DNA of 64,000 nt from Microcoleus sp. (lineage in GTDB: Bacteria; Cyanobacteriota; Cyanobacteriia; Cyanobacteriales; Microcoleaceae): positions 5,568,001 to 5,632,000 of the forward strand of contig CP181291.1 in the NCBI GenBank assembly GCA_052279835.1, read 5' to 3'. The translations under genes and the position numbers were made by a program. Positions 20,251 through 30,702 of this stretch are shown one piece after another. How positions within the stretch are numbered: position 1 is the first letter of the stretch; each line of letters starts with the position of its first letter. The notes beneath the pieces were generated by a model. The model was not told the DNA's origin. It saw only the letters and a list, made by a program, of their open reading frames with translations, and made no database searches.

Positions 20251-20712
20251 ATGCCCCAACTTGTCTTGATTCACCCCCAAATCCCCCCCAATACTGGGAA
20301 TATCGCCCGCACTTGCGCAGCCACAGGCACTGAATTGCATTTGGTCGGGCCACTTGGATTTGAAATTACTGATCGCTACCTGAAACGGGCTGGTTTAGAT
20401 TACTGGCCCCATGTCAACCTCCACATTCACGAGAATTTAGAAGCTTTTCTGGCTTGTCAGCAGCAACGGGGAGGACGCTCGATCGGATTCAGCACAGGCG
20501 GGCGATACAGTTACACGCAATTCCAGTTTCTTGCCAGCGACTGGCTGATGTTTGGCTCGGAAACAGTCGGCATTCCTCAATTCGTCTTAGATGCCTGCGA
20601 TGCCACAGTTTTTATTCCCATGAGCCAGCCGGGAGTGCGGAGTTTAAATCTTTCTGTCAGCGCCGCTGTAGGTTTATTTGAGGCAAAGCGACAGTTGGGC
20701 GAACTGGGATAA
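20251..20712 (+). CDS. trmL: tRNA (cytidine(34)-2'-O)-methyltransferase, SpoU family
   Basis: PQIPPNTGNIARTC, LKRAGLDYW, FGSET and VRSLNLS motifs. Confidence 0.92.
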   Translation: MPQLVLIHPQIPPNTGNIARTCAATGTELHLVGPLGFEITDRYLKRAGLDYWPHVNLHIHENLEAFLACQQQRGGRSIGFSTGGRYSYTQFQFLASDWLMFGSETVGIPQFVLDACDATVFIPMSQPGVRSLNLSVSAAVGLFEAKRQLGELG

Positions 20713-21296
20713 AGAATCATCTATACATACACATATAGATATTTAATAGCTTTATACCTCTAGGAAATCTACATCAAAATATAAGAAATTTGTATCAAAG
20801 CTGTGAGAATCTAAACAGCCAAGATTAATAGATCATATTGAACCAAAAAGAGATTGTTATCATCAATACCAAAATGTTTCAAAGATGATTGAGCAAGCAA
20901 AACAGAGTTTTTGAGCGTTCTAGCGTTCGAGATGGAACTTAGAACCCATAGTGGCGCTACATCTAGTAAATATACGGTTGTAGTTAATTCCGTAGTTAGG
21001 ATAGAGTGCGATCGTTAAAGATTTTACTCCTAGCCCGCAGCGGCGAACAGATATTTTATCTATTTGTTCTAGCTATTGCCGTGTAAGGGTTTTGGGTGCG
21101 ATCGCCGCATAATTTACCAGAAAATTTAATTTTTGTGGCTCTCCGAGCTTGTCTAAATTAAAAAATCAAGGTAATCTTGCCTAAGCATGATAGCTGTCAA
21201 CAATCAAAATATTTTTGTTTGTTGATAAATCAGTCTCATGCAATACCTTGCGTGTTTCCAAGGACAGTTAGCGCTTCTCAGTAGGAGGTCGTTTTT

Positions 21297-23738
21297 TTGA
21301 AACGAATATATCCCCAAAACAATCAGCCTGTTAAGGCTAGTGAAATCGATAGAGACGGTTCTACAGAACAGTCCAAACAGACAACGCTAAGCACTGGCAG
21401 AGTTCGCTCTCTAGCCACGCTAGGACTTGCAATATCGGTAGGTGCTTCCGGCATTTTGCTGCCGAGAACCGGGGACAGCGCTCGCGCGTCCGAACTCGCA
21501 CCGACACCAGAACCAACCGCTGAAGTACAGCCGGCCTCGGCTAACGAACTCCCTACCTCTGTAGGTGATACTTCCCCAGTTGCATCAGCAGCTCAACCTG
21601 ATAAGCAGGTAGCGGTTAAGGTGCAACCAGGACAAACTCTGTGGGAATTATCTCAAGACTATGCAGTTGCTCCAAATGCACTAGCCGCTGCTAACGGCAT
21701 TAAATCGGAAACCTTACTCCAAGTAGGGCAACAGCTCACAATTCCGTCAGCGGATGTCGTCGCACCACAACAGAATTTCGGCAACACCGCAGCCCCAGCG
21801 CCAGATGCACCCTCCCAGGTCAATCCCGAACAAAAGTTAGATTTAACAGGCTCTGAGCCTTCTGCTAGTGGGGTGGTGCAGTCAGGGGAACAATCAACAG
21901 CAACGAGCCCCCTCGTAACTCCCACACCAGAACAAAATTCAAGCGTCCTGCCGAATCCCAACGGGGCGATTGAGAGTTTAAAAAAACAGGAAAACCGGAC
22001 AGCGGCAGTGGGTCAGACCCAGTTAGAGTCTGAGGGAGGAACGAGTTCATCTACATCATCGGCTGTATCCTTGCAGTCGCCTGCACCGACGCAGGCATCT
22101 TCCACCTCTGCAACGCCAACGGGTATCCCGAATAGCGGGTTTGCTCAATCATCATCTATTGAACAATCCCTGGTAACACCCAGTTTACCCTCTGCTGTGG
22201 TAGTTGCCCCAGCAAACACTACATCGGCACCGACGGATGTATTGTACCGTGTCCGTCCGGGAGATACCCTAGACGCGATCGCCTCATCTCAGGGCGTGTC
22301 GGCACAAGACCTGATCGCCGTCAACAAGCTCGGCAACCCCAATTTACTCAATGTCAATCAACGGCTGAAAATTCCGAAAGCTGGGTCAAACAATCCAGCG
22401 GTACAAGCATCCGTTTCTATTCAGGCATCTAACTCTACATCTGTCTTTTCGGCAGCTTCGGTTCCCGCATCTTTGAACCCCAGCTCGTCTACCCCAGAAA
22501 TTCCTGGTGCTGGCGTTACAGTATCTGCGCCCACAGTACCGATGGTCTCTCCCCTGGCGAACTTGGAAGGTCTGAACAATATTTCAGCGCCGATGGTTCC
22601 CCAAATTAACAACATTCCGCTAACTCAAGTTTCTCAAACCATTAGCGACCCTGGGAAGTTGGAGCTTCAAGGCGAACCAAAATTCACCGGTGCTGTTGAT
22701 ACCAGTGCGCTACCAATGCCAGCCACTGCCAGCTCTACCTTGAATGCTGCATCAGCTCAGCCTGCTAACTGGACACCAGTTGTCAGCACCCAGAGTTTAG
22801 CCACCGATGGAGCTAGTGTTCTACCGGATTCCTCAGCAGCGACTACTCCATCGGCAGAGGCTCTGAATCCTTATGCTGAACGCTTAAGGGCGGAAGTCGT
22901 CCGGCTACGAGAGGAATATCGGGCAGAGCGAAATTCGATCGGTCCCAATTCAGTGGCCCTAGCTCCCACGCAAGACCCAGAGGCTCAAGTCCCTGGTGGC
23001 AACTTGTCTGAGGACAGCGAACATCTCAATCCCTATCTCTACACCCCAGAATACGCTGGAACGGTGCAGAATGAAATCAGCCGACCCCCGTCGAGAGGGT
23101 GGAGCCAGGAAGTTCAGAAGCAGCAGCAAGAGCGTTTTGACCCAGCCCGCGCCGCCCAATCGCAACCCATCGACCTGACACCGAACTCTAATTTAGAACG
23201 GCCCGTGGTGGCGACTGCTCCCTTGGGTTCCCAGGGTTACGACCCCCTCAGCAATCCCTCTTTGGGACAGATGGTTTCTCCTGAATTGCCACCCCTTTCT
23301 GGCGCTGATACCTATCTGCCTAACGGTTCAAAACAGTCGGCCAATGGGTTTATTTGGCCTGCTAAAGGTGTTTTCACTTCCGGCTACGGCTGGCGTTGGG
23401 GACGGATGCACAAGGGTATTGACGTTGCAGGACCGATCGGCACACCCATTGTCGCCGCCTCGGACGGGGTCGTAACCTATGCACAATGGAACGACGGTGG
23501 CTACGGCTATCTGGTGGAAATTACCCATCCTGACGGCACTGAGACTGTCTATGCCCACAACAGCCGGATTTTGGTGCAAAAAGGTCAGAAAGTTGCTCAA
23601 GGGGAACAGATTTCCGAAATGGGGAGCACAGGCAATAGTACCGGCCCTCACTTGCACTTTGAAATTCATCCCGCCGGATCGGGAGCTGTCAATCCGATGG
23701 CTTTCCTGCCCAAGGATGATTCCAGCGCTTCTCGCTAA
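21297..23738 (+). CDS. LysM-domain M23 family peptidoglycan endopeptidase (NlpD-like)
   Basis: Two LysM repeats; C-terminal HKGIDVA and STGPHLHFE; AGGAGG RBS before TTG start. Confidence 0.9.
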   Translation: MKRIYPQNNQPVKASEIDRDGSTEQSKQTTLSTGRVRSLATLGLAISVGASGILLPRTGDSARASELAPTPEPTAEVQPASANELPTSVGDTSPVASAAQPDKQVAVKVQPGQTLWELSQDYAVAPNALAAANGIKSETLLQVGQQLTIPSADVVAPQQNFGNTAAPAPDAPSQVNPEQKLDLTGSEPSASGVVQSGEQSTATSPLVTPTPEQNSSVLPNPNGAIESLKKQENRTAAVGQTQLESEGGTSSSTSSAVSLQSPAPTQASSTSATPTGIPNSGFAQSSSIEQSLVTPSLPSAVVVAPANTTSAPTDVLYRVRPGDTLDAIASSQGVSAQDLIAVNKLGNPNLLNVNQRLKIPKAGSNNPAVQASVSIQASNSTSVFSAASVPASLNPSSSTPEIPGAGVTVSAPTVPMVSPLANLEGLNNISAPMVPQINNIPLTQVSQTISDPGKLELQGEPKFTGAVDTSALPMPATASSTLNAASAQPANWTPVVSTQSLATDGASVLPDSSAATTPSAEALNPYAERLRAEVVRLREEYRAERNSIGPNSVALAPTQDPEAQVPGGNLSEDSEHLNPYLYTPEYAGTVQNEISRPPSRGWSQEVQKQQQERFDPARAAQSQPIDLTPNSNLERPVVATAPLGSQGYDPLSNPSLGQMVSPELPPLSGADTYLPNGSKQSANGFIWPAKGVFTSGYGWRWGRMHKGIDVAGPIGTPIVAASDGVVTYAQWNDGGYGYLVEITHPDGTETVYAHNSRILVQKGQKVAQGEQISEMGSTGNSTGPHLHFEIHPAGSGAVNPMAFLPKDDSSASR

Positions 23739-23876
23739 GCATTTGTTTCAAGTTATGGGTTTTGATATATCAGCAAAACTCATGACTTTATCCGTTAGTC
23801 ATTACAAATAATGTAGTCAAGCAGCTATCCCTAAAACGCCCTACCGTGCTACGATAGTAAATCGTGAACAGGTTTT

Positions 23877-23949
23877 GGCTCAGTGGCGCAGTGGTTAGCG
23901 CAGGGGACTCATAAGCCCAAGGTCGCAGGTTCAAATCCCGCCTGAGCCA
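23877..23949 (+). tRNA. tRNA-Met (CAT), probably elongator
   Basis: GGCTCAG/CTGAGCC-A acceptor stem, CTCATAA anticodon loop, GGTTCAAATCC T-arm. Confidence 0.92.
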
Positions 23950-23967
23950 TAATGTGATGACAATCAG

Positions 23968-23997
23968 CACGCTCTCAAAACTGAGAGCGTGTTTTTT
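23968..23997 (+). terminator. Intrinsic terminator after tRNA-Met
   Basis: CACGCTCTCA-aaac-TGAGAGCGTG followed by a T run. Confidence 0.8.
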
Positions 23998-24073
23998 ATT
24001 TTGATTTAAGGTAACTGTACTCGTTATGACTATGATATATTTGTAACAGTTCGTAAAAAAGGAAACAAAATCT

Positions 24074-24673
24074 ATGACGAGTGAATGCCTCCGGGTTGGT
24101 CAGGCTGCCCCAGACTTCGCAGCAACAGCCGTAGTGGATCAGGAATTCAAGACTGTTAAACTGTCTGACTATAAAGGCAAAAAATATGTAGTCCTGTTCT
24201 TTTACCCCTTGGACTTCACTTTTGTCTGCCCAACAGAGATTACAGCATTTAGCGATCGCTTTGAAGACTTCAATAAACTCGATACCGAAATCCTCGGCGT
24301 ATCCGTTGACAGCGAATTCTCTCACCTAGCTTGGATACAATCAGACCGCAAATCCGGCGGAGTTGGCGACCTCAACTATCCTTTAGTTGCGGATATCAAA
24401 AAAACAATTAGTGCCGCCTACAACGTGCTTGACCCAGAAGCAGGCATTGCCCTCAGAGGTCTGTTTATCATCGATAAAGAAGGCATCATCCAACACTCCA
24501 CTATCAACAACCTTGCCTTCGGTCGCAACGTGGATGAAACTCTCCGCACTCTCCAAGCTATTCAACACGTCCAGTCTCACCCCGATGAAGTTTGTCCCGC
24601 CGGCTGGCAGCCCGGTGACAAGACTATGACTCCCGATCCAGTTAAGTCTAAAGTCTTCTTTGCTGCTGTCTAA
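24074..24673 (+). CDS. 2-Cys peroxiredoxin (AhpC/Prx1)
   Basis: [14 protein letters not shown] and EVCPAGW motifs. Confidence 0.95.
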   Translation: MTSECLRVGQAAPDFAATAVVDQEFKTVKLSDYKGKKYVVLFFYPLDFTFVCPTEITAFSDRFEDFNKLDTEILGVSVDSEFSHLAWIQSDRKSGGVGDLNYPLVADIKKTISAAYNVLDPEAGIALRGLFIIDKEGIIQHSTINNLAFGRNVDETLRTLQAIQHVQSHPDEVCPAGWQPGDKTMTPDPVKSKVFFAAV

Positions 24674-24782
24674 ATTGATAGTTTTGAGTTTTGAGTTTTG
24701 AGTTAAAGAGTTTTTAATTCAAAACTCGAAACTTTCCCTGCAATTCCCAATTCCCCAATTCCCAATTAACCAATTAGGAAAT

Positions 24783-25322
24783 ATGCTAACTTCTACTGAT
24801 TTTAGCGGCTTGTTAAATCAGCGGTTTTTCCAAAATTTATTGCCTGTCCCTGCTACTAATTCTCTGAAAATGGGACACAGAACCCCTGATTTTGAATTGC
24901 CGGATCTCAATAATGGTAAATTAGTACGGCTATCTAATTATCGTGGCGATAGGCCTGTGGTTCTGGCTTTTACTCGGATTTTTACTGAAAAGCAATATTG
25001 CCCCTTCTGTTTTCCTCATATTAAAGCCTTGAATGAAAACTGGGAAAAATTTGCCGATCGCAATATAGAATTATTGATGGTGACAAGTACCGACGAGCGG
25101 CAAAGTCAGATAGTGGTTAGAGATTTAAGCTTAAAAATGCCACTGTTGAGCGATCCTAGTTGTCAAGTTTTTCGCGCCTATCAAGTCGGTCAAGCTTTAG
25201 GAGCGCCTTTGCCTGCTCAGTTTGTTTTGGATGCAGATGGAAAACTTTTATTTAAACATTTGTTCTCCTTTATCGACCACAATGCTAGTGTGGAAACTTT
25301 GCTAAAATCTATTCCCTCTTGA
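24783..25322 (+). CDS. AhpC/TSA-family peroxiredoxin-like protein
   Basis: PDFELPD, YCPFC CxxC, LLSDP thioredoxin-fold pattern. Confidence 0.85.
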   Translation: MLTSTDFSGLLNQRFFQNLLPVPATNSLKMGHRTPDFELPDLNNGKLVRLSNYRGDRPVVLAFTRIFTEKQYCPFCFPHIKALNENWEKFADRNIELLMVTSTDERQSQIVVRDLSLKMPLLSDPSCQVFRAYQVGQALGAPLPAQFVLDADGKLLFKHLFSFIDHNASVETLLKSIPS

Positions 25323-25572
25323 CAATCCACCACCGGGGGCAAACAATCTGGCAATTGCTGTGCCACCCCCGAAGTCTAGGACACCGTTGGCATTGTTGGG
25401 ATACCGCCACATCGATCGCCCAAGTGCCAAGTCATAAGCACCTCGACACTCGTCAACCGCTGATACAGGGCGAATAGTAGTTAAACATTCGTGGCCGTTG
25501 AACGTAAATTCCCTCGTGGTGTTGATGTCTAGCAAATGTCTAGCAAATATCTAGCAAAGGAAACAGGCAACC

Positions 25573-26209
25573 ATGATCCAAACCCAGACCAAGATAGTCA
25601 CATTTGATGAGTTTGTTACCTGGTATCCAGAAAACTCAGTTAATAAATACGAATTACATAACGGAGTTATTGTCGAAATGTCCAAAGGAACTGGCGACCA
25701 TTCGGCTGTAGCCGGGTTTATTTCCGGCGAAGTGTATTTAGAAATTCGGCAGCAACAACTGCCCTACCTAGTGCCGAGAGAGTACACAGTTAAGTCTGTC
25801 AGTGACAAGTCTGGCTATTGCCCAGATGTCATCGTCCTAGATTTACCAGCGCTCGAAAATGAACCCCGTTGGAAAAAAGAATCAATCATCACGATGGGGT
25901 CTTCGGTACGACTGGCTGTAGAGGTCGTCAGCACGAACTGGCGGGACGATTACCATCTCAAATTTGCCGACTACGAAGAAATGGGCATCCCCGAATACTG
26001 GATCGTGGACTACCTCGGTTTAGGCGGCCGCAACTTCATCGGCACTCCCAAACAACCCACACTCACGGGAAAGCCAGTTGGTTGACGGCGAATATCAGGT
26101 CAAACTGTTTAGGGGCGATGACACAGTTGAGTCTGTAGCTTTCCCAGAATTGAGGTTAACAGCCGAACAGATTTTTCGAGCCGGTCTGCCTCCAACCGAG
26201 CCGAGCTAG
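25573..26209 (+). pseudogene. Uma2 family endonuclease, frameshifted near 26070
   Basis: YELHNGVIVEM, PDVIVLD, VEVVSTNWRDDY..K..DYEEMGIPEYWIVD. The expected tail QLVDGEYQVKLFRGDDTVESVAFPELRLTAEQIF lies in the +1 frame and ends at TAG 26209. Confidence 0.8.
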
Positions 26210-26323
26210 AAGGAATGGGGGCTATTGATGCCACTTGGTCTAAGTTTCGGACAACGCGCTCAAAATACGGCGGGGCACGCCGAAATTAACGCTTGGTGAG
26301 AACCCTTGAACTATTTTAACCTC

Positions 26324-28207
26324 CTATTTCTTACTAGGAGGAATCTTCTCAATACTGATCAGCGCCTCCATCACTGACTCCACAATCGGTGCCGCTACAG
26401 TCCCTCCCGAACCCCCCTTCGGCTCATCAATCACTGCCAAAACCACATACCGAGGAGCCTCCACAGGCATAATTCCCACAAAGCTAGTAATAATCGCCTT
26501 GTTAGAATAACCACCACCACTAGCCTTTTGAGCCGTACCCGTTTTCCCTGCAATCCGATAGCCGGAAATCTGTGCAGCCTTCCCCGTACCGCCATCCACA
26601 ACAGTTTCCATCATCTCTAACACTTGCTTAGTGGTTTTAGGTGAAAAAACCTGCTTCGGTACAGCCCTCGGAAGCTTCCAATAAGCTTGACCTTCGCGAT
26701 CGAAAAGTCCCCGCACTACGTGGGGAGTTACCAACTTCCCACCATTGGCCAAAGCGCCATTAAGCTGCACTAATTGAATCGGAGTAATTGAAAAACCTTG
26801 GCCAAAAGCAGTGGTAGCAACTTCCACCGGAGAATTGATAAATTGCTCTCGATTTTTGAGCTGACTGGTTACTTCAAAAGGCAAATCAGTACCTGCACTT
26901 TGTCCTAGTCCTAGTTTTTCTAAAGCTTGATAGTAAAGAGAAGACTTCATAGTTCTCATAATGTGTACCATCCCCACATTACTAGAATGTTTTAAAATCT
27001 CTGTAACCGTCGAAGGACCCCGCGCCCCTGCTGACTGATAATCGGAATTTTGAATCGGCCAAATACCCATGTAAATTCGACCTTCATCGTTAAACACGCT
27101 GTTAGGTTTGACAGCACCAGCTTCCATGGCGATCGCCACATTAATGGCTTTAAAAGTCGATCCTGGTTCGTAAACATCAGTGACAGCCCAATTTTTATAA
27201 CGTTCCAAACCAAAATTAAAATACTGATTGGGATCGTAGGAAGGTTCGGTCACCATCGATAGCAACTCTCCATTACGGGCATCCATCACAATCACTGTGC
27301 CCCGCTTCGCCCCATGTTTCTCCATTTTTTCCCGTAGAGCAATCCGGGCTACCCGCTGCAAACGGCTGTCAATCGTCAATTGCAATTTCAAGTCATCCAA
27401 CTGGACAAATCCTGCCGTCAGTCGATCGGGAAGCCAATGCCCATCGATCGACTTGCTAAATTGAATTGACGGCATCGATCGTTCCAGCAAATTTTGCTGA
27501 CTGTATTCTACTCCTGCTTGCCCCTTCCGCTCTCCATCGACATAACCCAAGACATCGGCTACCAATTCCTGCTGCGGGTAAAAACGCTGCTGCTGTCGCA
27601 CCAATTCCAACCCATCAACGGGACTATTTTTAATCAGCATCCGCCCCACTCGATCGGCAACTTCTTGAGCCAAGGAATCGGCGATCGTAATACCACTTTC
27701 GGCCAGATTAAACTTTTGCAGCAATTCAGTTTCCGCCGTATTACCCGCGCTAACTTTGATGGGGAGCATGGGAGCCAAGGAGGCTGCGATTTCTGCCTTG
27801 GTGTGCTTGAATAACTTCGGGTGAGCGTAGAGCGTGTACACCTGTCGGTCGATCGCCAACACATTCCCATTGCGGTCAATAATCGGGCGTCTGGGTACAA
27901 AGGGCTTAGTTTTCAAAGTCTGTTGCTGCTGGGCCTGTTTTTGCAGCGCTGGCCCTCGCGTCACCTGCAAATAAAACAAATTCACAGTCAGCCCTAGGCC
28001 TCCTAACATCAACACGGCCCACACCGCCCACAAGCGAAACTTGCTCATTTTTAAGCGATTCATCGGTGGCCGAGGCGGGCTACCAGGCTTGCCAGAAATA
28101 GCACTTTTCGTTGGTTTAGCCCATCGAGTGCGATCGTCCGGCTGTTTTGAACCTTTCGAGTTGGGGGATCTGTAGCGGTCAAAACGAGGATCGTAGCTCA
28201 TAAACAA
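26324..28207 (-). CDS. ftsI: Class B penicillin-binding protein (FtsI-like)
   Basis: N-terminal TM; YEPGSTFK (SxxK), SSN and KTGT motifs; downstream of an FtsL-like gene. Confidence 0.85.
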   Translation of the reverse strand: MFMSYDPRFDRYRSPNSKGSKQPDDRTRWAKPTKSAISGKPGSPPRPPMNRLKMSKFRLWAVWAVLMLGGLGLTVNLFYLQVTRGPALQKQAQQQQTLKTKPFVPRRPIIDRNGNVLAIDRQVYTLYAHPKLFKHTKAEIAASLAPMLPIKVSAGNTAETELLQKFNLAESGITIADSLAQEVADRVGRMLIKNSPVDGLELVRQQQRFYPQQELVADVLGYVDGERKGQAGVEYSQQNLLERSMPSIQFSKSIDGHWLPDRLTAGFVQLDDLKLQLTIDSRLQRVARIALREKMEKHGAKRGTVIVMDARNGELLSMVTEPSYDPNQYFNFGLERYKNWAVTDVYEPGSTFKAINVAIAMEAGAVKPNSVFNDEGRIYMGIWPIQNSDYQSAGARGPSTVTEILKHSSNVGMVHIMRTMKSSLYYQALEKLGLGQSAGTDLPFEVTSQLKNREQFINSPVEVATTAFGQGFSITPIQLVQLNGALANGGKLVTPHVVRGLFDREGQAYWKLPRAVPKQVFSPKTTKQVLEMMETVVDGGTGKAAQISGYRIAGKTGTAQKASGGGYSNKAIITSFVGIMPVEAPRYVVLAVIDEPKGGSGGTVAAPIVESVMEALISIEKIPPSKK

Positions 28208-28305
28208 TAAGTTTTTAGTTAGTGGTTATTGGTTATTTGTTATTTGTTGGTTGTTCGTTCTCATAACTCATAACCAATAACCGATGCCCGATGCCCCATT
28301 CCTGA

Positions 28306-28899
28306 TTAATAACCCAGGGGAGTTTCCAGAGTATCTGAACCCTGGACTCCTGGGGCGGGAGTTGGTGGGGTCGCCGCTTGGGGCGATCGACCAACTGGGG
28401 TTGGCTGCAAGAAAATTGTCTCCCCAGGCTTCTGTGGGGCCAAACCCGTTGCTGGATTTTCCGCGTCTTTAGCCAGTTGGTGTTTCAAGACTTCGCTGGC
28501 GGCACTCAACTGCTGTTCTCGGAGGCGCAGAGTTTCCAGCTTTTGATACTCTTGACTCCAGCGTTGCTGGCCGTAGACAGTCAAGCCGTAGACACTTAAA
28601 GCTCCGCTCAACAGCAGTATAACTGCCACAGAAGAAGCCCGTTGGACCCCCAGGAGCGATTGGAGCCACGCCGGATATACGCGATGATGCGGCAGCACTT
28701 TGAGTACAGATGCTTCCTGCCGAGGCTGTGTTTGAGCGGTTTCTGCTGGGGAGTAGTTGGGTAATACTGGCCCTGTTTTTGCCCGCCTCCGTTGAGCAAT
28801 GGAAGTAACTTTGCTGTTGGCAGACCCAGAGGCGGGTTTGCGAGCCGCTTTGCGGCGAGAATCCGTGGTTCTGATAGCAGCAGTCATAGAATTCACCAA
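28306..28899 (-). CDS. FtsL-like bitopic coiled-coil protein
   Basis: Single TM followed by coiled coil (QQRWSQEYQKLETLRLREQQL); position upstream of ftsI. Confidence 0.65.
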   Translation of the reverse strand: MVNSMTAAIRTTDSRRKAARKPASGSANSKVTSIAQRRRAKTGPVLPNYSPAETAQTQPRQEASVLKVLPHHRVYPAWLQSLLGVQRASSVAVILLLSGALSVYGLTVYGQQRWSQEYQKLETLRLREQQLSAASEVLKHQLAKDAENPATGLAPQKPGETIFLQPTPVGRSPQAATPPTPAPGVQGSDTLETPLGY

Positions 28900-29477
28900 T
28901 ACTTGACTTAGGTTAGGATGGCTTTTGGAGCGATCGGATATTCAATGGTGGCAATTGGAGCTAGATCGGTTATCCTTGCCAAGGATACCTCACAAACCAA
29001 CTAACCAATCCTATCACTGGTCTATTTTCCTGCTTCTTTTACCGGAAAAAGAAAAACTTTGCCATCTTAGGATACCCGGAAGTAAAACAAATCCTTGAGC
29101 CGATCGGCAGTAAGGCCAGCTATACTTCCTCACTATAAAACCCTGTAGAGGTCAATCATCACGATACCTCGAAGCCAAGTTCAACATATCCTCAATGGGT
29201 CTGTTGTCAGCCCACAAAATAATCTTTGATTTGATGTGGGAATATGTGACTAAATGCAGTATTGTAATCAACGAGCGAATCGTCGCTCGATTCGTGCCAG
29301 CATTGGTTCTCCAGTTAACCACTCCCCTATCTGTAGCTGCTTTACCAGAGTGTTACTGATAGATGCCACGGAATCTCGCCGGGAGCGATGAGATTTCTGA
29401 TTTTACGGTTTTAAAACCGCTCACTCGTTTTCATCCCTGCTCTAAACAGACAGGGTTTCTAACCTAGGAGATTTTTT

Positions 29478-29720
29478 ATGAACAAGGGATTAATTCGTCT
29501 GACTTTGGTACTAGGCTTAGCTGCCACTCTGGGCGCTTGCGCTGGTGAAACTGCCCCTACCACTACTCCTTCCCCTGGTGGCGAAGCCAGTCCTCCTCCT
29601 GCTTCTGCTCCAGCACCAAAGGAATCTCCAAAGACCGCTCCAGGGGCTGAGAAGTCTCCAGGGGCTGAAAAGTCTCCCGCAGCTAAAGAATCGGCTTCTC
29701 CTGCTCCTAAAAAGCCCTAA
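29478..29720 (+). CDS. Small Pro/Ala-rich lipoprotein
   Basis: Lipobox LGAC; AGGAG RBS; PGAEKS repeat. Confidence 0.75.
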   Translation: MNKGLIRLTLVLGLAATLGACAGETAPTTTPSPGGEASPPPASAPAPKESPKTAPGAEKSPGAEKSPAAKESASPAPKKP

Positions 29721-30238
29721 CCACGGCGATCGCGGAGTACAGCCCCAACGGGCCTAGCCTGCTGCTAAAAAATCGTTCGCTTCTCACATTTTTTTATCAC
29801 ACTGGTCTGGGCCTGATGTTGGGTGTTGGTTTTTGTCCGATCTCGAAGGGACACTGGATGCAGAAACAATTCTGAACAGAGTGCATTGTCAAGTATCCAA
29901 TCAAAAAAATTGTGAAAATAAATAATATTAGCCTGTGGCTATTTTCATGATTGCTTGTACTTAACGCCGATAAGTGGCTGTGTGAACAGGAAAGAATTTA
30001 GACCTAAAGATTGATCTAAAATCGATCTAAAAACTTTAACATAGTAGTTGCCATACCACAAGACAAAGTAAAAGTCAATAGTATTTAGAGAAATATACAA
30101 ATCTTTCAATTTGTTTTAAGATTTTGATAATTAGATATTAGCCCATAGCAAAACCAAGCTCAACGGCAGGTGAAAACACTTGACCGAAAGCCTGGGTCAG
30201 AATGCGATCGGGCAAAATCAGGCTGATTCAGTGGTAGG

Positions 30239-30480
30239 GTAAGGAACCTCAGCTATCAAGGCGTGAGGCTGGAAAGAGAAATCTCGAAAGCCATCCTGAC
30301 GGGCCTCAGTCCTTCGCGGACTACGTTTTGAGAGTCACGACACCCTGTGGATGCGTAGCTAGTCAAGAGCTCTGTCGCTAGTAGTTAAACAGTCTTAAGG
30401 TAACAGAGTCAGTGCTGCTAGCCGTGCGCAAGCTCACTAAACATTGGCGAAGCTAACTTTACCCAGCAATGGGATTGGAG
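30239..30480 (+). ncRNA. HEARO / IscB omegaRNA-like scaffold
   Basis: Ordered blocks CCTGAC-GGCCTCAG, GACTACGTT, GTCACGACACC, GGATGCG-AGCTAGT, CTCTGTCGCTAGTAGTTAAACAG, CAGTGCTGCTAGC, AAGCTC, AACATTGGCGAAGCTAACTTTACC, recognised by eye as the HEARO consensus. Confidence 0.82.
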
Positions 30481-30605
30481 ACAATCATATCTCCGCAGAG
30501 GGGCAACCATACCCCTCTACCCCGCAAGGGGAAAATGTAAAGCCGTCCACTGAAGGCGATGCACTGAGCGTAGCCGAAGGGACGGGGTTTCTACCCAATT
30601 TTCTG
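30239..30605 (+). mobile_element. Non-autonomous IS200/IS605 (IscB-type) element lacking iscB
   Basis: 5' end GTAAGGAACCTCAGC...GTGAGGCT; 3' end AAGCCGTCC...GGACGGGGTTTCTACCCAATTTTCTG followed by ATGA; no nuclease ORF between the ends. Confidence 0.75.
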
Positions 30606-30702
30606 ATGAGCAACAAAAAATGTAAAAAAATGTAAAGTACCACGTCGAGCCAACTTTTTCTTTTCAAAATAATTAAATTAAGTGATTGAGGTAAGTAGTT
30701 TT

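Noticed and set aside
26066..26074. G_GGA_AAG slippery heptamer as a programmed -1 frameshift in Uma2
   Set aside because: The conserved C-terminus lies in the +1 frame; a -1 shift gives unrelated sequence (GKASWLTANIRS).
30444..30667. Short ORFs (63 aa +, 60 aa -) as an IscB remnant
   Set aside because: No PLMP, RRXRR, HNH or RuvC motifs; they read through RNA and end hairpins.
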